DNA of 64,000 nucleotides from an uncultured Oscillospiraceae bacterium (GTDB lineage: Bacteria; Bacillota; Clostridia; Christensenellales; CAG-314), in contig CAZSIF010000003.1 in the NCBI GenBank assembly GCA_964607155.1, positions 19,498 through 83,497 on the forward strand, given 5' to 3'. Shown one piece after another: positions 25,628 to 39,612 of this stretch (position 1 is the first letter of the stretch; each line of letters opens with the position of its first letter). Position numbers and translations under genes: made by a program. The notes beneath the pieces are model-generated. The model saw only the letters and a list, made by a program, of their open reading frames with translations. It made no database searches and was not told the origin of the DNA.

Positions 25628-26938
25628 ATGACGGAAAAGGCTAAAAGACGTTTGCGCGGCTGGTGCATTGCGCTCGGAATTATTTTTGTACTTATCGCAA
25701 TTGTTTGGGTGATAGGCGCAATTAGCAATTATTCTCCGCAAGAAAACTGGTATGGCAACGGTTCGCAGTGGAAAGATACTGACGACTTCAATGCATATTA
25801 TTCAGCAATGCCAACGTTCAAGCTAAAAGTCGGTCAAACTAAGCTAAAAATTATGCAGCTTGCAGATCCGCAGTTTAAGTTTGGCAGCTTTACGCAAGAT
25901 ACAAAAACAATGGAGCTTATCGGCTTGGCATTGGATGCCGAGCAACCCGATATTGTTGTTTGTACAGGCGACTTGACTTTCAGTTTGTTTGCCGGCAGTG
26001 CGTTAAGGTATTTTTGTGATTTTATGGAACAGCGACAAGTGTATTGGGCGTTTACTTACGGCAACCACGACAGTGAGTTGTCGCTAAGTAAGTACAGACA
26101 TTCGCGCATACTTGCAGAATACGATTACTGCCTTTTTGATGGAGGTCCAGCCAATATAAAGGGCGAAAGCAACTATTTTGTTAAGGTCGTGGACGAAAAC
26201 GACAATCTTGTATATGCGTTGTCGCTGTTGGATAGCAATATGTATCCTGATGAGCGCACGGGCTTGGTTGATACATATTACGACGAAATTACGCCGATGC
26301 AAGCAAAATGGTACGAATGGAATATACGCGGTTTACAAAGTAAACGAGCCGATGTGCAAAGCTCGATGTTTATCCATATGCCGTTAAGGGCGTATGTCGA
26401 TATGTATAACGACGAAATGTTAACTTGTAAAAGCGGCGGTGTGTATGAGCGACCTTGGACGTTAACGACGAATGATGGCGATATTCAAATGCCGGGTATT
26501 TATTGTCAGACGGGTAATCAACCAAGCGCAACAAGTGGCGGTGCGGAAATTTACTCTGCAATTTTAGAGTGCGGAAGTACTAAGGCTGTTTTTTGTGGGC
26601 ACGACCACGTTAACACGCTAAGGGGTGTGGATGCAAATGGAATATTGCTTGCTTACGGTCGTGGTTGTGGTTATCACACATATCCGTTTTTTGATAAAAA
26701 GGGCGAGTCCCCGTTTTGGGAATGGGTAATAGGTATTCCGTATTCGACATATACCGATACTCAGCTGTATTTGGATTGTTGGCGTGACGAAAACGGAAAC
26801 GCAATAGGCAAAGGGATGTCGTTTATAGAAATTGAACTGGATAGCGAAAATTACGGCAAAATTCGCATGTACGATCGTAATCACGCCGCATTAAGTGCGG
26901 GTTCTGATGAAGTTCAATTTGAAATTGTGCACAGTTAA
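25628..26938 (+). CDS. Membrane-anchored calcineurin-like metallophosphoesterase
   Basis: 436 aa. N-terminal TM helix, then the motifs GDLTF, GNHDSE and GHDHVN. Confidence 0.75.
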   Translation: MTEKAKRRLRGWCIALGIIFVLIAIVWVIGAISNYSPQENWYGNGSQWKDTDDFNAYYSAMPTFKLKVGQTKLKIMQLADPQFKFGSFTQDTKTMELIGLALDAEQPDIVVCTGDLTFSLFAGSALRYFCDFMEQRQVYWAFTYGNHDSELSLSKYRHSRILAEYDYCLFDGGPANIKGESNYFVKVVDENDNLVYALSLLDSNMYPDERTGLVDTYYDEITPMQAKWYEWNIRGLQSKRADVQSSMFIHMPLRAYVDMYNDEMLTCKSGGVYERPWTLTTNDGDIQMPGIYCQTGNQPSATSGGAEIYSAILECGSTKAVFCGHDHVNTLRGVDANGILLAYGRGCGYHTYPFFDKKGESPFWEWVIGIPYSTYTDTQLYLDCWRDENGNAIGKGMSFIEIELDSENYGKIRMYDRNHAALSAGSDEVQFEIVHS

Positions 26939-27344
26939 TGAGATTGAAACGTACCAATAACTGTGTTTAAAATTACTTTGTTGGATTGTAATTCAATCAC
27001 TGTGTTTTGGTGGACTTTTACTGTTTGAGTTTTTTGATTGCAACAAAAAAACGTTAGTATACTTGTAGCCCTATCGTAAAAACGACAGGGCTTTTGTGTA
27101 TTTACTTGCTGGTAAATGAATTATACGAATTCGCTATTTCTTAAACGTTGTGTTCAGCGTGCAATTTTGGTATATATTCTATTGGCGGTATTATTGAAGC
27201 GTAAAATGATATGAATGTGAAATAAGCGGCGGTAAATACAGTAAAAAAATCAAAATGTTAACAAAACGGGCGGAAATTCCAACAAAAAGCGGTGGACAAT
27301 TTACCTATGATGATGTTATCCTTTTTACAAAGGAGGATTGGTCT

Positions 27345-28316
27345 ATGGAATACAAAAACAAAATTTACGAGTTGCGGAAAAAACACGGTTTTTCACAGGA
27401 GCAGTTGGCAGATAAACTTGGTGTTGCCAGACAAACCGTTTCAAAATGGGAGATAGGCGAAACTTCTCCGGATATCAAACAAGCACAGGCTATCGCAAAA
27501 ATATTCAACGTTAGTTTAGACGAATTGATGAATTGTGTTTTGCATGATACTGACGAACAAGTTGATTTGTCTACGGCTGTTGAATCGAAAAAACACAAGC
27601 TGAAATATAAAAAATGGATTATCGTGGCTGCGGCAGCAATTTGCTTGTGTTTGGTGGTTCTTGGCATATGCAACGTTATTGCTCGTGTACACATATTACA
27701 TCCGCAATCATCCGGTGAGGACGTTGTTGTTTCTTGTAAAGGTGCAGCGTTATTGTCGCAAGGCAGTGTTTGCGATGCGGTGTTTGATGAGGCAAACAAA
27801 CCTGTTGTAAAATGCAAATTGCCCGATGGATTTGTGCAAGAATCAGCAGGTTTATATACCGATGGTCGGGGAAGTTACATTCGTATTAACTCCGATTTTG
27901 CACAAAATGTAATAAATCCTTTGGCTGGTACGGATTATCTTGCTTACTATGAGGCTTGTGGTTACTCTACATATATGGACGTTGTGCGAAAGGCAATGTA
28001 TGTCGATGTGACCAAGGGCAGTGTGTTTGCGTCTAAGGAAAAGTTGTACTTGGTCGGCGGAGCAAGGATTGTTATGGCACAGCTTTGTGCAGGACAAAAC
28101 ATTGAGTATTACGAGCTTGACGGCGGATTGACTACCGATGGCACTGCTATGCGATTGTTTGGATTTGCATTGAGTTTTAATGATAACGTTTGGCTTATCA
28201 CATTAAAAGACTGCAATGACGTATATTATTTTATCACGGTGCGTGATGCCGATGGGGTTGGAAAATCCATTGACAGCCTTGCCGGATTTTTAAGCACTTT
28301 TTATGTGGAGGAATGA
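27345..28316 (+). CDS. XRE-family HTH protein with a TM helix and an extracytoplasmic C-terminal domain
   Basis: The ATG at 27345 follows AAGGAGG. Reads MEYKNKIYELRKKHGFSQEQLADKLGVARQTVSKWEIGETSPD, followed by the TM segment WIIVAAAAICLCLVVLGICNVIA and about 200 aa of unknown domain. Confidence 0.8.
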   Translation: MEYKNKIYELRKKHGFSQEQLADKLGVARQTVSKWEIGETSPDIKQAQAIAKIFNVSLDELMNCVLHDTDEQVDLSTAVESKKHKLKYKKWIIVAAAAICLCLVVLGICNVIARVHILHPQSSGEDVVVSCKGAALLSQGSVCDAVFDEANKPVVKCKLPDGFVQESAGLYTDGRGSYIRINSDFAQNVINPLAGTDYLAYYEACGYSTYMDVVRKAMYVDVTKGSVFASKEKLYLVGGARIVMAQLCAGQNIEYYELDGGLTTDGTAMRLFGFALSFNDNVWLITLKDCNDVYYFITVRDADGVGKSIDSLAGFLSTFYVEE

Positions 28317-28464
28317 CCAAGCATTGGTTGTTGTGTGTTGCATAATTGAGTGTTTGCAATGGCTAAATTGATTTATTGTTAAGTAAATTCTTATTGTATA
28401 GAAAAATATATAAAAAATGAGGACAACTGCTGTTAGAGCGGCTGTCCTCTTTTATCGTGTTGTT

Positions 28465-30291
28465 TTAAGATTTTTTATTTGCTCTTGCCCAAATTCTCAT
28501 ACGCTCTGCGTGGTCGAGAATTGCCTTTCTAAGGCGAATGTTGTTGGGCGTTACTTCAACGTATTCATCGTCGTTGATAAATTCAAGGCATTGTTCAAGG
28601 CTCAGTACTGTGGGCGGAACAAGCTTCAGAGCTTCTTCGGAACCACTTGCACGGTTGTTGGTAAGGTGCTTTGTTTTGCAAACGTTTACGGAAATGTCGT
28701 CTTCACGGCTGTTTTCGCCCACAACCATTCCTGCATATACGGGCACGCCAACCCCAACAAATAAGCGGCAACGTTCTTGCGCGTTAAACAGACCATATGC
28801 GGTGGTGGTGCCGTCTTCAAAGCAAACAAGACTTCCGCGTGAGCGTTCGCTCATGTCGCCTTTGTATGGTTCGTAGCTATCAAACACGCTGCTCATCACG
28901 CCAAATCCCTTTGTGTCCGTAAGTAGTTCGCTTCTGTAACCCATCAAGCAACGTGACGGAATTTTAAACTCCAATTTGGTAGAGCCTTGACTATCCGGAT
29001 ACATATTAAGCAGTTCAGCTTTGCGTTGTCCGAGTTTGTTCATAACGCTACCAACGTATGCTTCGGGCACTTCGACAACAAGGTTCTCCATAGGTTCGCA
29101 TTTCACGCCGTTAATTTCTTTGAAAATAACTTTGGGACGTGATACTTGGAATTCATATCCTTCACGGCGCATATTTTCGATGAGTATGGATAAATGCAAT
29201 TCGCCTCTGCCGTACACTTTAAAGCAATCGGGGCTGTCAGTTTCTTCCACGCGCATAGATACGTTGGTTTCCACTTCCTTAAAAAGTCTGGCGCGCAAAT
29301 GACGGCTGGTTACAAATTTGCCCTCCTTGCCGGCAAAAGGACTGTTGTTTACCATAAACATCATGGATAATGTCGGCTCATCGATATGCACAAATGGCAG
29401 CGGTTCAACACAATCTATTGCGCATATTGTGTCGCCGATGTTCATTTCGGTAATTCCGTTAACGGCAACGATGTCGCCCATTTCGCCATTGTCGCATTCA
29501 ACGCGCTTTAACCCTTCAAACTGGTACAGTCTGGCAATCTTTGCGGTGTTAAACGTGCCGTTGGTGTGACATACCATAACGGGCTGTCCGTCACGGATTT
29601 TGCCACGATTGACCTTTCCGATGCCAATTCTGCCAACATATTCGTCGTAGTCGATGTTGCAAATAAGCAGTTGCAATCCTTTGTCCGTTTCGCCTTGCGG
29701 CGCGGGAATTTCAGTAAGAATAGCATCCAAAAGAGGCGCCATATTTGTCGATTGCCTTGTAAGACTATCTGTTGCCCAACCTTGCTTTGCCGATGCGTAA
29801 ATTACTTTGAAGTCGAACTGGTCATCGTTTGCGCCCAATTCCATAAATAATTCCATGATTTGCTCACGCAGTTCAAGCTCGTCAAATTCGCCCTTATCTA
29901 CTTTGTTGATTACAACCAAAACCTTTTTGCCCAAGCCCAATGCCTTTTTTAGAACGTATCTTGTTTGTGGCATGCAGCCTTCGATTGCATCTACAAGTAA
30001 TAAAACGCCATCAACCATCGATAAGATGCGTTCTACTTCGCCGCCGAAATCTGCGTGTCCGGGCGTATCGATTATATTAATTTTTGTACCGTTGTAGTGT
30101 ATTGCGGTATTTTTGGCTAAAATTGTGATCCCACGTTCACGTTCGATGTCGTTTGAATCCATAACTCGTTCCGCAACGACCTCGTTTGCTCTAAAAATGC
30201 CGTTTTGCTTCAAAAGTTGATCCACGAGCGTTGTTTTGCCGTGGTCAACGTGTGCAATTATTGCGATATTTCTGATATTTTGTCTTTCCAT
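28465..30291 (-). CDS. typA: Translational GTPase TypA/BipA
   Basis: The start at 30291 gives MERQNIRNIAIIAHVDHGKTTLVDQLL. DTPGHADFGGEV and NKVD motifs are present. Length is about 608 aa. Confidence 0.95.
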   Translation of the reverse strand: MERQNIRNIAIIAHVDHGKTTLVDQLLKQNGIFRANEVVAERVMDSNDIERERGITILAKNTAIHYNGTKINIIDTPGHADFGGEVERILSMVDGVLLLVDAIEGCMPQTRYVLKKALGLGKKVLVVINKVDKGEFDELELREQIMELFMELGANDDQFDFKVIYASAKQGWATDSLTRQSTNMAPLLDAILTEIPAPQGETDKGLQLLICNIDYDEYVGRIGIGKVNRGKIRDGQPVMVCHTNGTFNTAKIARLYQFEGLKRVECDNGEMGDIVAVNGITEMNIGDTICAIDCVEPLPFVHIDEPTLSMMFMVNNSPFAGKEGKFVTSRHLRARLFKEVETNVSMRVEETDSPDCFKVYGRGELHLSILIENMRREGYEFQVSRPKVIFKEINGVKCEPMENLVVEVPEAYVGSVMNKLGQRKAELLNMYPDSQGSTKLEFKIPSRCLMGYRSELLTDTKGFGVMSSVFDSYEPYKGDMSERSRGSLVCFEDGTTTAYGLFNAQERCRLFVGVGVPVYAGMVVGENSREDDISVNVCKTKHLTNNRASGSEEALKLVPPTVLSLEQCLEFINDDEYVEVTPNNIRLRKAILDHAERMRIWARANKKS

Positions 30292-30653
30292 ACCTTCTCC
30301 GTGTCGCATTGTTTATTTTTAACGACTGTTTTTTCTTATGACCTTTTTACCTAACCTAAAAATTATACAACCACATCGGCATTTTAGTCAAATAAATGCA
30401 TTGTTTTTTGAAAAAAAGCTTTAGCTACTTGGTTATTTATTTGATGAAAATGCAGCGTTGTACAATATTTGATAAATCTGAGTGTCAAGTCGCTTTGCTA
30501 AAAGTAACTTATTTCTATTTTAATGAGTTTATTAAAGACAGTTTTTGTTTTTTATGAGCAAGCCTGCCTTAACAATAAGCCGAGCGTGCGCATATATTAT
30601 GGTATGCTGACGGGGCAGTGCCTTTGTTTGGTAAAAAAAGATGGAGCAAATGT

Positions 30654-32420
30654 GTGTGTGGGATTTTTGGGGCAAGCGGATGCGGATGCGTAGATGGCGT
30701 GCATGAGGCGTTGCGACTTTTAGAATATCGCGGATACGATTCAGTTGGCGTTGCAGTTAGGCTAAACGGACAGTCGGAAATTGTTAAGCAAACAGGCAGG
30801 GTAAAAGCACTTGTTATTCCCGAACGTTGGAATAGTGCCGATTGTGTCATAGGGCATACGCGCTGGGCTACTCACGGAGCCGTAAGTCAGGTTAACGCTC
30901 ATCCGTTTGCTTCCGACGATGGTTGCTTTACGGCGGTACACAACGGGGTGTTGGATAATTACACTGCATTGAAAGGCTTTTTGGAAGAGCGGTCGTTTAC
31001 GTTTTATTCGCAGACGGATAGTGAGGTTATACCTCAATTGTTGCAATATAATTATAATGGTAGTGTATTACAAACCACGTTGGATACGGCACGCATGCTT
31101 AACGGCTCGTTTGCGGTGGCATTTTATAGCACACACGATAACAATCTGTATGCATTTAGACATAAAAGTCCGCTTGTGGTGGGAGTTCGTGATGGACACG
31201 CTTATGTTTCGTCAGACATCAGGTGCATTTCACATTTTGCCGAAAGTGTTGCCGTTTTGCCTGAGGACAGCGTGGCGGTGCTTGCCTTGGATAATATAAA
31301 AGCGTACAACTTTGACGGAATTGAGGTAGATTTGAAATTTTTTGATGCGGAACGATCGGAGCTTCCTCCGGAAGGCGAGGTTATGCTTTCGGAAATCTTT
31401 GCTGTTCCGCAGGCTATTCGCAATGCAAAGCAACGTTATTTCGAGTGTGGAGGAACGGGGCTTTCGCATGAATTTTTGCGCAACATTCGTCGAGTGTATT
31501 TTATTGGTTGCGGCACGGCATATCACAGTGGTTTGCAGGCTGCCACCGTTGCAAGAAGGTGGCTTGATGTTGATATCTCCGTTGTGGTTGCAAGCGAGTT
31601 TGCCTGCGGAAATTATCTTGTTGATAACAACACGTTGGCGTTTTTTATAAGTCAAAGTGGCGAAACAGCTGATACGCTGCGCGCATGTGAGTTTTTTATT
31701 GAGCGTGGCGGCTTGGCTTGTGCAATCACGAATACGGATAATTCCTCTATTACTCGCCTTTGCTCGCATTCGCTAAATGTTGGTGCTGGTGCAGAGTACG
31801 CAGTTGCCAGCACTAAGGCGTATAACTGTCAGCTGATAACATTGTTATTGGCACTTAGTGAAATTGCAGTTGTACAAAGTTGCACATCTGTTGCAATCAG
31901 AACAGAGCTTCTGCAACAGATAGACACGGTTGCAAACGCGGCGGAGACGTTACTAAATAAAAGTAACGAAATAGCTTTGCTTGCACGTCAAATTAAGGAT
32001 AGTAGTGCAGTGTTTTTTATTGGCAGAGGTTGCGACTATCCAACCGCCTGCGAAGGCTCGTTAAAATTAAAGGAAATCAGTTACATTCATTCTGAGGCGT
32101 ATCCCGCGGGCGAATTGAAACATGGTTCGCTTGCACTTATCGAACCGAATGTTACTGTCGTTGCAGTGGCGACAGATATAAACTTGTTTGACAAAACGGA
32201 GTGTTCTGTTGCCGAGGTTAGAGCGCGCGGTGCGCGCGTGATTTGCGTGTCGCCCTTCGATACGTCCGCCGAGCTTATTCATTTGCCTATCGTCGCGGAT
32301 TATTTGTATGGCGTAATTGCCGTGATTCCGCTACAGCTGCTTGCTTATCACACTGCAAGAGCCTTGGGACGTGACGTTGATCGACCGCGCAATTTGGCAA
32401 AATCGGTAACGGTGGAGTGA
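30654..32420 (+). CDS. glmS: Glutamine--fructose-6-phosphate aminotransferase
   Basis: A GTG start inside a (TG)5 run gives M-CGIFGASG, placing the catalytic Cys at residue 2. Two SIS domains are present and the C-terminus ends ...RPRNLAKSVTVE. Confidence 0.93.
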   Translation: MCGIFGASGCGCVDGVHEALRLLEYRGYDSVGVAVRLNGQSEIVKQTGRVKALVIPERWNSADCVIGHTRWATHGAVSQVNAHPFASDDGCFTAVHNGVLDNYTALKGFLEERSFTFYSQTDSEVIPQLLQYNYNGSVLQTTLDTARMLNGSFAVAFYSTHDNNLYAFRHKSPLVVGVRDGHAYVSSDIRCISHFAESVAVLPEDSVAVLALDNIKAYNFDGIEVDLKFFDAERSELPPEGEVMLSEIFAVPQAIRNAKQRYFECGGTGLSHEFLRNIRRVYFIGCGTAYHSGLQAATVARRWLDVDISVVVASEFACGNYLVDNNTLAFFISQSGETADTLRACEFFIERGGLACAITNTDNSSITRLCSHSLNVGAGAEYAVASTKAYNCQLITLLLALSEIAVVQSCTSVAIRTELLQQIDTVANAAETLLNKSNEIALLARQIKDSSAVFFIGRGCDYPTACEGSLKLKEISYIHSEAYPAGELKHGSLALIEPNVTVVAVATDINLFDKTECSVAEVRARGARVICVSPFDTSAELIHLPIVADYLYGVIAVIPLQLLAYHTARALGRDVDRPRNLAKSVTVE

Positions 32421-32538
32421 GGTTGGCCGCACTTTATGCTTTGTGTGAAATAAAGATAATTTTTTTTTGCTGTATGCTGATAAGATGATTTGAGCATAAT
32501 TACGAAATCGGAAATCGAGAATAATGATTGAGGAAACA

Positions 32539-32577
32539 GACGATATTCAACTTCAGAGTTGAATGTCGTCGTTTTTT
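32539..32577 (+). terminator. Rho-independent terminator downstream of glmS
   Basis: A 13-bp stem, GACGATATTCAAC (32539-32551) with GTTGAATGTCGTC (32558-32570), followed by T6. Confidence 0.8.
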
Positions 32578-32856
32578 CGTTTAAGTGGTAAAAAAGTATG
32601 TGTTTTACTTAGTAAGGGGAGAATTGCAGGATTGATAAAAAGCTATCCGATACAGGATTTACTTGTTATTATTACTTCCAAAGATGTAACATCATTTGAA
32701 TTGTTTAACCGCATATAAAGAGCAAATGCGTTTATCGTTTTGTTTAGTGCTGATGTTCAAAATAAAATATGCTTTTGTGATATTGCCAAGCGCCGAGTTG
32801 TATGATATACTTTTTCTTATTCACAAAACTGGCTAACGCACCGAGGAAGTACCACA

Positions 32857-34071
32857 ATGCAGTTTTTTACCGCTACGGATAAGCTTGCAAATGCGCTGTC
32901 GCGCATTTATAATAAACCAACATACGCCGACTTTATTCGTTATAAAGCGTTGCGGCACAAGTTTACCGACGAGTTTGGCGCCGACGGATGTTTTTTTGCA
33001 ACAGCACCGGGTAGAGTAGAGCTTATCGGTAATCACACCGACCACAACGGGGGTAGGGTTATTGGCTGCGCAGTGGATAGGGATATTGTCGCTGCATTTG
33101 TACTTACATCGGATGAAGTCGTTACGATAATCAGCTCACATGGTCGTACATGTATTGATCTTTCCGAAATAGAAAAGTCGGATCGAGGCAGCGTCGGCAT
33201 GGTAAAGGGCGTACTATATTATTTGCGGCAGTGCGGTTTCAAGATTGGTGGCTTTAAGGCTTGTATTCACTCTGTTTTACCGATTGGGGTAGGACTTTCG
33301 TCTAGCGCGGCATTTCAGTTACTTATCGGCACCATAATAAACTATGCGTATAATGACGGTATCATCCCCGCAGATGTGTTGGCTCGGGCGGGGCAGTATG
33401 CGGAAAACGTTTATTTCGGTAAGCCATGCGGTTTGTTTGATCAAACCATTGTAGCTCACGGTGGACTTGTGGCGTTGGATTTTGCCGATAGTGTGACCTG
33501 TCGCAGATTGCCGGAGCTAATAAATTTGCAGTTAATTGCGATAAACACAGGTAAAAGTCATTCCTCGCTTACCGCAGAGTATGCCGCAATTCCTGCAGAA
33601 ATGGGACTGGTTGCAAATTGTTTCGGTAAACAGCGTTTAATCGACGTTCAGCAAGATGAATTTTTCCAAGATTTGGCTACGATTGAGCAAGCTGTTGGAG
33701 TTCGTCCTGTGCTACGAGCAAAACATTTTTTTGAGGAATGCATTCGTGTGGATAGAGCGGTACAGGTTATCTGTGATAGCAATAACGATGATTTTTTACG
33801 GCTGATAAACCAAAGCGGCGATAGCAGTAATATTTTGTTGCAAAATTGCTCTTTCGGTAGTGATACGTCAGTCGCCGATGCGGTGGCATTTGCGCGTAGG
33901 GCTTGCCCTCAAGTTGCAAGTAGGGTTCACGGTGGCGGTTTTGCCGGCACTGTTTTGTGCGTTGTGCCAAAGCCATATGCTCGCGAGCTTGAGGATAAGT
34001 TAATTTCTCGCTACGGCAAACATAACGTTATACCGCTTGCTGTACGATATTCTCCTGCAACCGTGCTGTAG
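32857..34071 (+). CDS. galK: Galactokinase (GHMP kinase family)
   Basis: GRVELIGNHTDHNGG galactokinase signature and PIGVGLSSSAA GHMP motif. 404 aa. Confidence 0.88.
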   Translation: MQFFTATDKLANALSRIYNKPTYADFIRYKALRHKFTDEFGADGCFFATAPGRVELIGNHTDHNGGRVIGCAVDRDIVAAFVLTSDEVVTIISSHGRTCIDLSEIEKSDRGSVGMVKGVLYYLRQCGFKIGGFKACIHSVLPIGVGLSSSAAFQLLIGTIINYAYNDGIIPADVLARAGQYAENVYFGKPCGLFDQTIVAHGGLVALDFADSVTCRRLPELINLQLIAINTGKSHSSLTAEYAAIPAEMGLVANCFGKQRLIDVQQDEFFQDLATIEQAVGVRPVLRAKHFFEECIRVDRAVQVICDSNNDDFLRLINQSGDSSNILLQNCSFGSDTSVADAVAFARRACPQVASRVHGGGFAGTVLCVVPKPYARELEDKLISRYGKHNVIPLAVRYSPATVL

Positions 34072-34159
34072 ATGGGGGCGTAAGCGTTATTTTTCGATGA
34101 CGCAGATTGATAACAAATAGAGTATTTGGCATGGTTGTGTATGCGGCTCGGGCAACTGA

Positions 34160-37033
<2,874 letters not shown>

Positions 37034-37122
37034 ACGCGGACGTGGAGCTTGTGATGATATGTAAGGGATTTTTTTGTCTTGGTTTGCTTGCTGAAAAACC
37101 CATTAAGTAGTACAATGATTCT

Positions 37123-37620
37123 ATGGATGAAATGATTACTAAAGTTACTACTTATTTGGACGACTTGGGGATAACCTATCGTTTGTTGCGTCACCCTGCC
37201 GTGGTTACCACGGAGGAATCTCGACAAATAATCCACGTTGATAACTGTATGTCTTGCAAAAGCCTGTACGTTAAGGATAAAAAAAGCGATAACTATTATT
37301 TGGTCGTGTTGCCGTTCGATAAGCGTGCCTCCATGCGTGGACTTGCTTCATATGTTGGGTGTGCAAAATTCGAGTTTGTCACGGAGGAAAAACTATTATC
37401 CGACCTCGGGGTGCATAGGGGCAGTGTTTCGCCTTTTGCATATCTAAACGAAAACACGGCAAGTTATTCCGCTCCATTGCTTATTGATAGGAGCGTGTGG
37501 ACGGCACAAAACGTAAAATTTCACCCGTGTGATAACACTGCAACTGTAGTGCTTAGCTTAGATGCTTTCAAGCTGTTTTTACAATCGATAGGCAAGCAAA
37601 CGATAGTGGTAGACGACTAA
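37123..37620 (+). CDS. YbaK/ProX-family aminoacyl-tRNA editing domain protein
   Basis: 165 aa, reading ...LGITYRLLRHPAVVTTEES...CKSLYVKDKKSDNYYLVVLPFDKRASMRGLA...GSVSPF. Confidence 0.75.
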   Translation: MDEMITKVTTYLDDLGITYRLLRHPAVVTTEESRQIIHVDNCMSCKSLYVKDKKSDNYYLVVLPFDKRASMRGLASYVGCAKFEFVTEEKLLSDLGVHRGSVSPFAYLNENTASYSAPLLIDRSVWTAQNVKFHPCDNTATVVLSLDAFKLFLQSIGKQTIVVDD

Positions 37621-38024
37621 CGAGCGGTGGGTTGACTGCTGTTGCTGACGGACTTGCTCAGAGTACTGTACTTTTGTAACACTGCATTAAATTGGCGCTG
37701 ATTTAAGTGTAAAATCGAACGTACACATAAAAGCACGGGGCTTGTGTCGCTAATGATGATTTGCCGGTTGAAATGAGAGCGACTTGGTTTTATTGGCAAA
37801 CAATAAGTGATGTCGATGTGTTAACAGGTAGTAAACGATTGATATGTTCGACATTTTGTTTTGTGCGTTTTTATTGAACCTATGGGGTGTCGGATAAAGC
37901 TGTGTTTTTTAAATATGTTTTGTAGTGGCGCCGTACTTTTTTTTTGTCAAAAAAATGTCAAAATCGGCTTGCAAAGCGTACTGTATTAGTGTATAATAAT
38001 TGTATTAAAAGGAGGATTTATACT

Positions 38025-38267
38025 ATGGCTAAAAGAAAGAAAAGTGGCTTGGCAAACGTGATTATGTCCTTGCCTTGGATTTTCAGACTTCTTATTGCTA
38101 TTTTCGCCGACTGTGTGTATGGTTTCTGCCGTTTGGTGGATGGTATTATTCAACGTAATTGGCTCAAGGCTATCGTTGGTTTCCTGTGGCTGTTTTACGG
38201 ACTGGGTATCGGTTGGGTAATAGATATCATTATGGTAGCATTGGGAATGCGTCCGTTGCTGTTCTAA
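38025..38267 (+). CDS. Small two-TM membrane protein of unknown function
   Basis: The ATG at 38025 follows AAAGGAGGA. Reads MAKRKKSGLANVIMSLPWIFRLLIAIFADCVYGF... Confidence 0.6.
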   Translation: MAKRKKSGLANVIMSLPWIFRLLIAIFADCVYGFCRLVDGIIQRNWLKAIVGFLWLFYGLGIGWVIDIIMVALGMRPLLF

Positions 38268-38290
38268 TTTAAAATCCTATAGTTGTGCAA

Positions 38291-38328
38291 AAACGACCGA
38301 CTGAATTAAGTCGATCGTTTTTTTTGCC
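38291..38328 (+). terminator. Rho-independent terminator
   Basis: Stem AAACGACCGACT pairs with AGTCGATCGTTT (one mismatch), followed by a T run. Confidence 0.7.
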
Positions 38329-38567
38329 ATATCGGTGAGTTTTGAGTGTAGTAGGTAAAAGGCAGGATGGCTATATGGCGTTGCCGATATACGGTAACCG
38401 AACAACGCGTTTTTGCATGCATTTTATTGTTAGCGCACTGTGTTGGCTGTGAGAGTTAATCAAAAGCGTTAATGTGATTTAAGCACTATTAAAGTGTGTT
38501 TATCATATACTTAAAGCTTGCTTATTTAGGCAAAAATCCTAATTACACTTTCGGAAAGTGTGAATCG

Positions 38568-38828
38568 TTATCCCTGTAAACCCTGCGCTTGACGTAACAT
38601 ATTTTCGATAACAACATCGTACACGTCGCCCAAGCCTGCGCAGTATTCAAGCACTTTCCAAGGCGTGTTTGTGTGGTAGTGTATCTTTATCAACTCATCG
38701 TCCCCAACCACAAGCAGACAATCGCCTTCTATGTTGGCGGTGATGTAAGCAATTATTGCTTGCTCGCTTAGACTTGTGCCTTCAACAAGCAACTGTGTGT
38801 CGTATTTGAATTCCAATGCTTCTTCCAT
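38568..38828 (-). CDS. Stand-alone homolog of the FakA/YloV (DAK2-fusion) middle domain
   Basis: 86 aa. GDCLLVVGDDELIKIHYHTNTPWKVLEYCAGLGDVYDVVIENMLRQ resembles the ...SLLVV.D...VKVHVHT..P..V......G.L...K.ENM... segment of fatty-acid kinase FakA. Confidence 0.55.
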   Translation of the reverse strand: MEEALEFKYDTQLLVEGTSLSEQAIIAYITANIEGDCLLVVGDDELIKIHYHTNTPWKVLEYCAGLGDVYDVVIENMLRQAQGLQG

Positions 38829-38937
38829 GGCTGTTACTCCTTAGTTTTGTAATGGTTTTGATATGTGATATAAGATGCATGTTGCATTTTCTATTTAATT
38901 TATTATACAGCTGGGAGTACTTTTTGTCAATACTGCT

Positions 38938-39612
38938 TTATTGTAGGTAGTTCCTGAGTTTTTTTAGCGCGGCAGTTTCTATTCGAGAAACGTAGCTTCT
39001 GCTTATGCCCAGTTTTTTTGACGTTTGTAGCTGAGTTAGCGGGGAATTGCCGTCCAATCCATATCGCATAAGAATAATTTTTTGCTCTCTTTCATTGAGC
39101 TGTTGGCGTATGGCGTCCAGCAGATTATCTCGCAAAATGGACACTTCTGCTTGGTGAAAAACACTGTCCTCCTTTATTGCAAGTACGTCCATTAGTGTAT
39201 ATTCGTTGCCGTCGTTATCTACTCCGAGTACGTTTTGTAGATAAACTGTGTTTTGGTATCTCTTGTTGGCTCGTAGGTGCATTAATATTTCGTTTTCAAT
39301 GCATCGCGCCAGATAGGTCGCTAACGTTGTTCCCTTTGTGGCGGAAAAGCTTTCCACTCCCTTTATGAGTCCTATCGAGCCTATTGAAATTAGGTCGTCG
39401 AGGTCGTTTTTGGCGTACTTTTTTGCGATGTGTGCAACCAAACGCATATTGTGGCAAACAAGTTTATCTCGCGCTTGTCTGTTGCCTTGCTGTAGCTGTT
39501 GCAGATATAGCGTTTCCTCGTTTGCCGATAACGGCTTTGGATAGCTTGCATTTGCAAAGTATCCTGTGGCAAAAAACACCCGTCGGAGTAGTTGTAAAAG
39601 GTTTCGTATCAT
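38938..39612 (-). CDS. sigK: Sporulation sigma factor SigK-like (sigma-70 family, with a short pro-sequence), uninterrupted
   Basis: The start at 39612 follows AAGGAGA. MIRNLLQLLRRVFFATGYFANASYPKPLSANEE parallels the B. subtilis pro-SigK junction YVKNNAFPQPLSSSEE. DLISIGSIGLIKGVESF, ARCIENEILMHLRA and GISRSYVSRIE are all present. Confidence 0.8.
   Translation of the reverse strand: MIRNLLQLLRRVFFATGYFANASYPKPLSANEETLYLQQLQQGNRQARDKLVCHNMRLVAHIAKKYAKNDLDDLISIGSIGLIKGVESFSATKGTTLATYLARCIENEILMHLRANKRYQNTVYLQNVLGVDNDGNEYTLMDVLAIKEDSVFHQAEVSILRDNLLDAIRQQLNEREQKIILMRYGLDGNSPLTQLQTSKKLGISRSYVSRIETAALKKLRNYLQ

Noticed and set aside
30292-30653. Looked for a glmS ribozyme upstream of glmS.
   Set aside because: The leader is AT-rich and lacks the conserved GC-rich core blocks of the glmS ribozyme that I can recall. 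No call made.
30650-30660. (TG)5 dinucleotide run overlapping the glmS start codon, considered as a possible slippage site.
   Set aside because: It is short, and the present register gives a proper GTG-Cys-Gly-Ile N-terminus. Nothing suggests variability.
38938-39612. Checked sigK for a skin-like intervening element or split gene.
   Set aside because: The gene is continuous, with regions 2 to 4 in one frame. There is no interruption and no adjacent recombinase.
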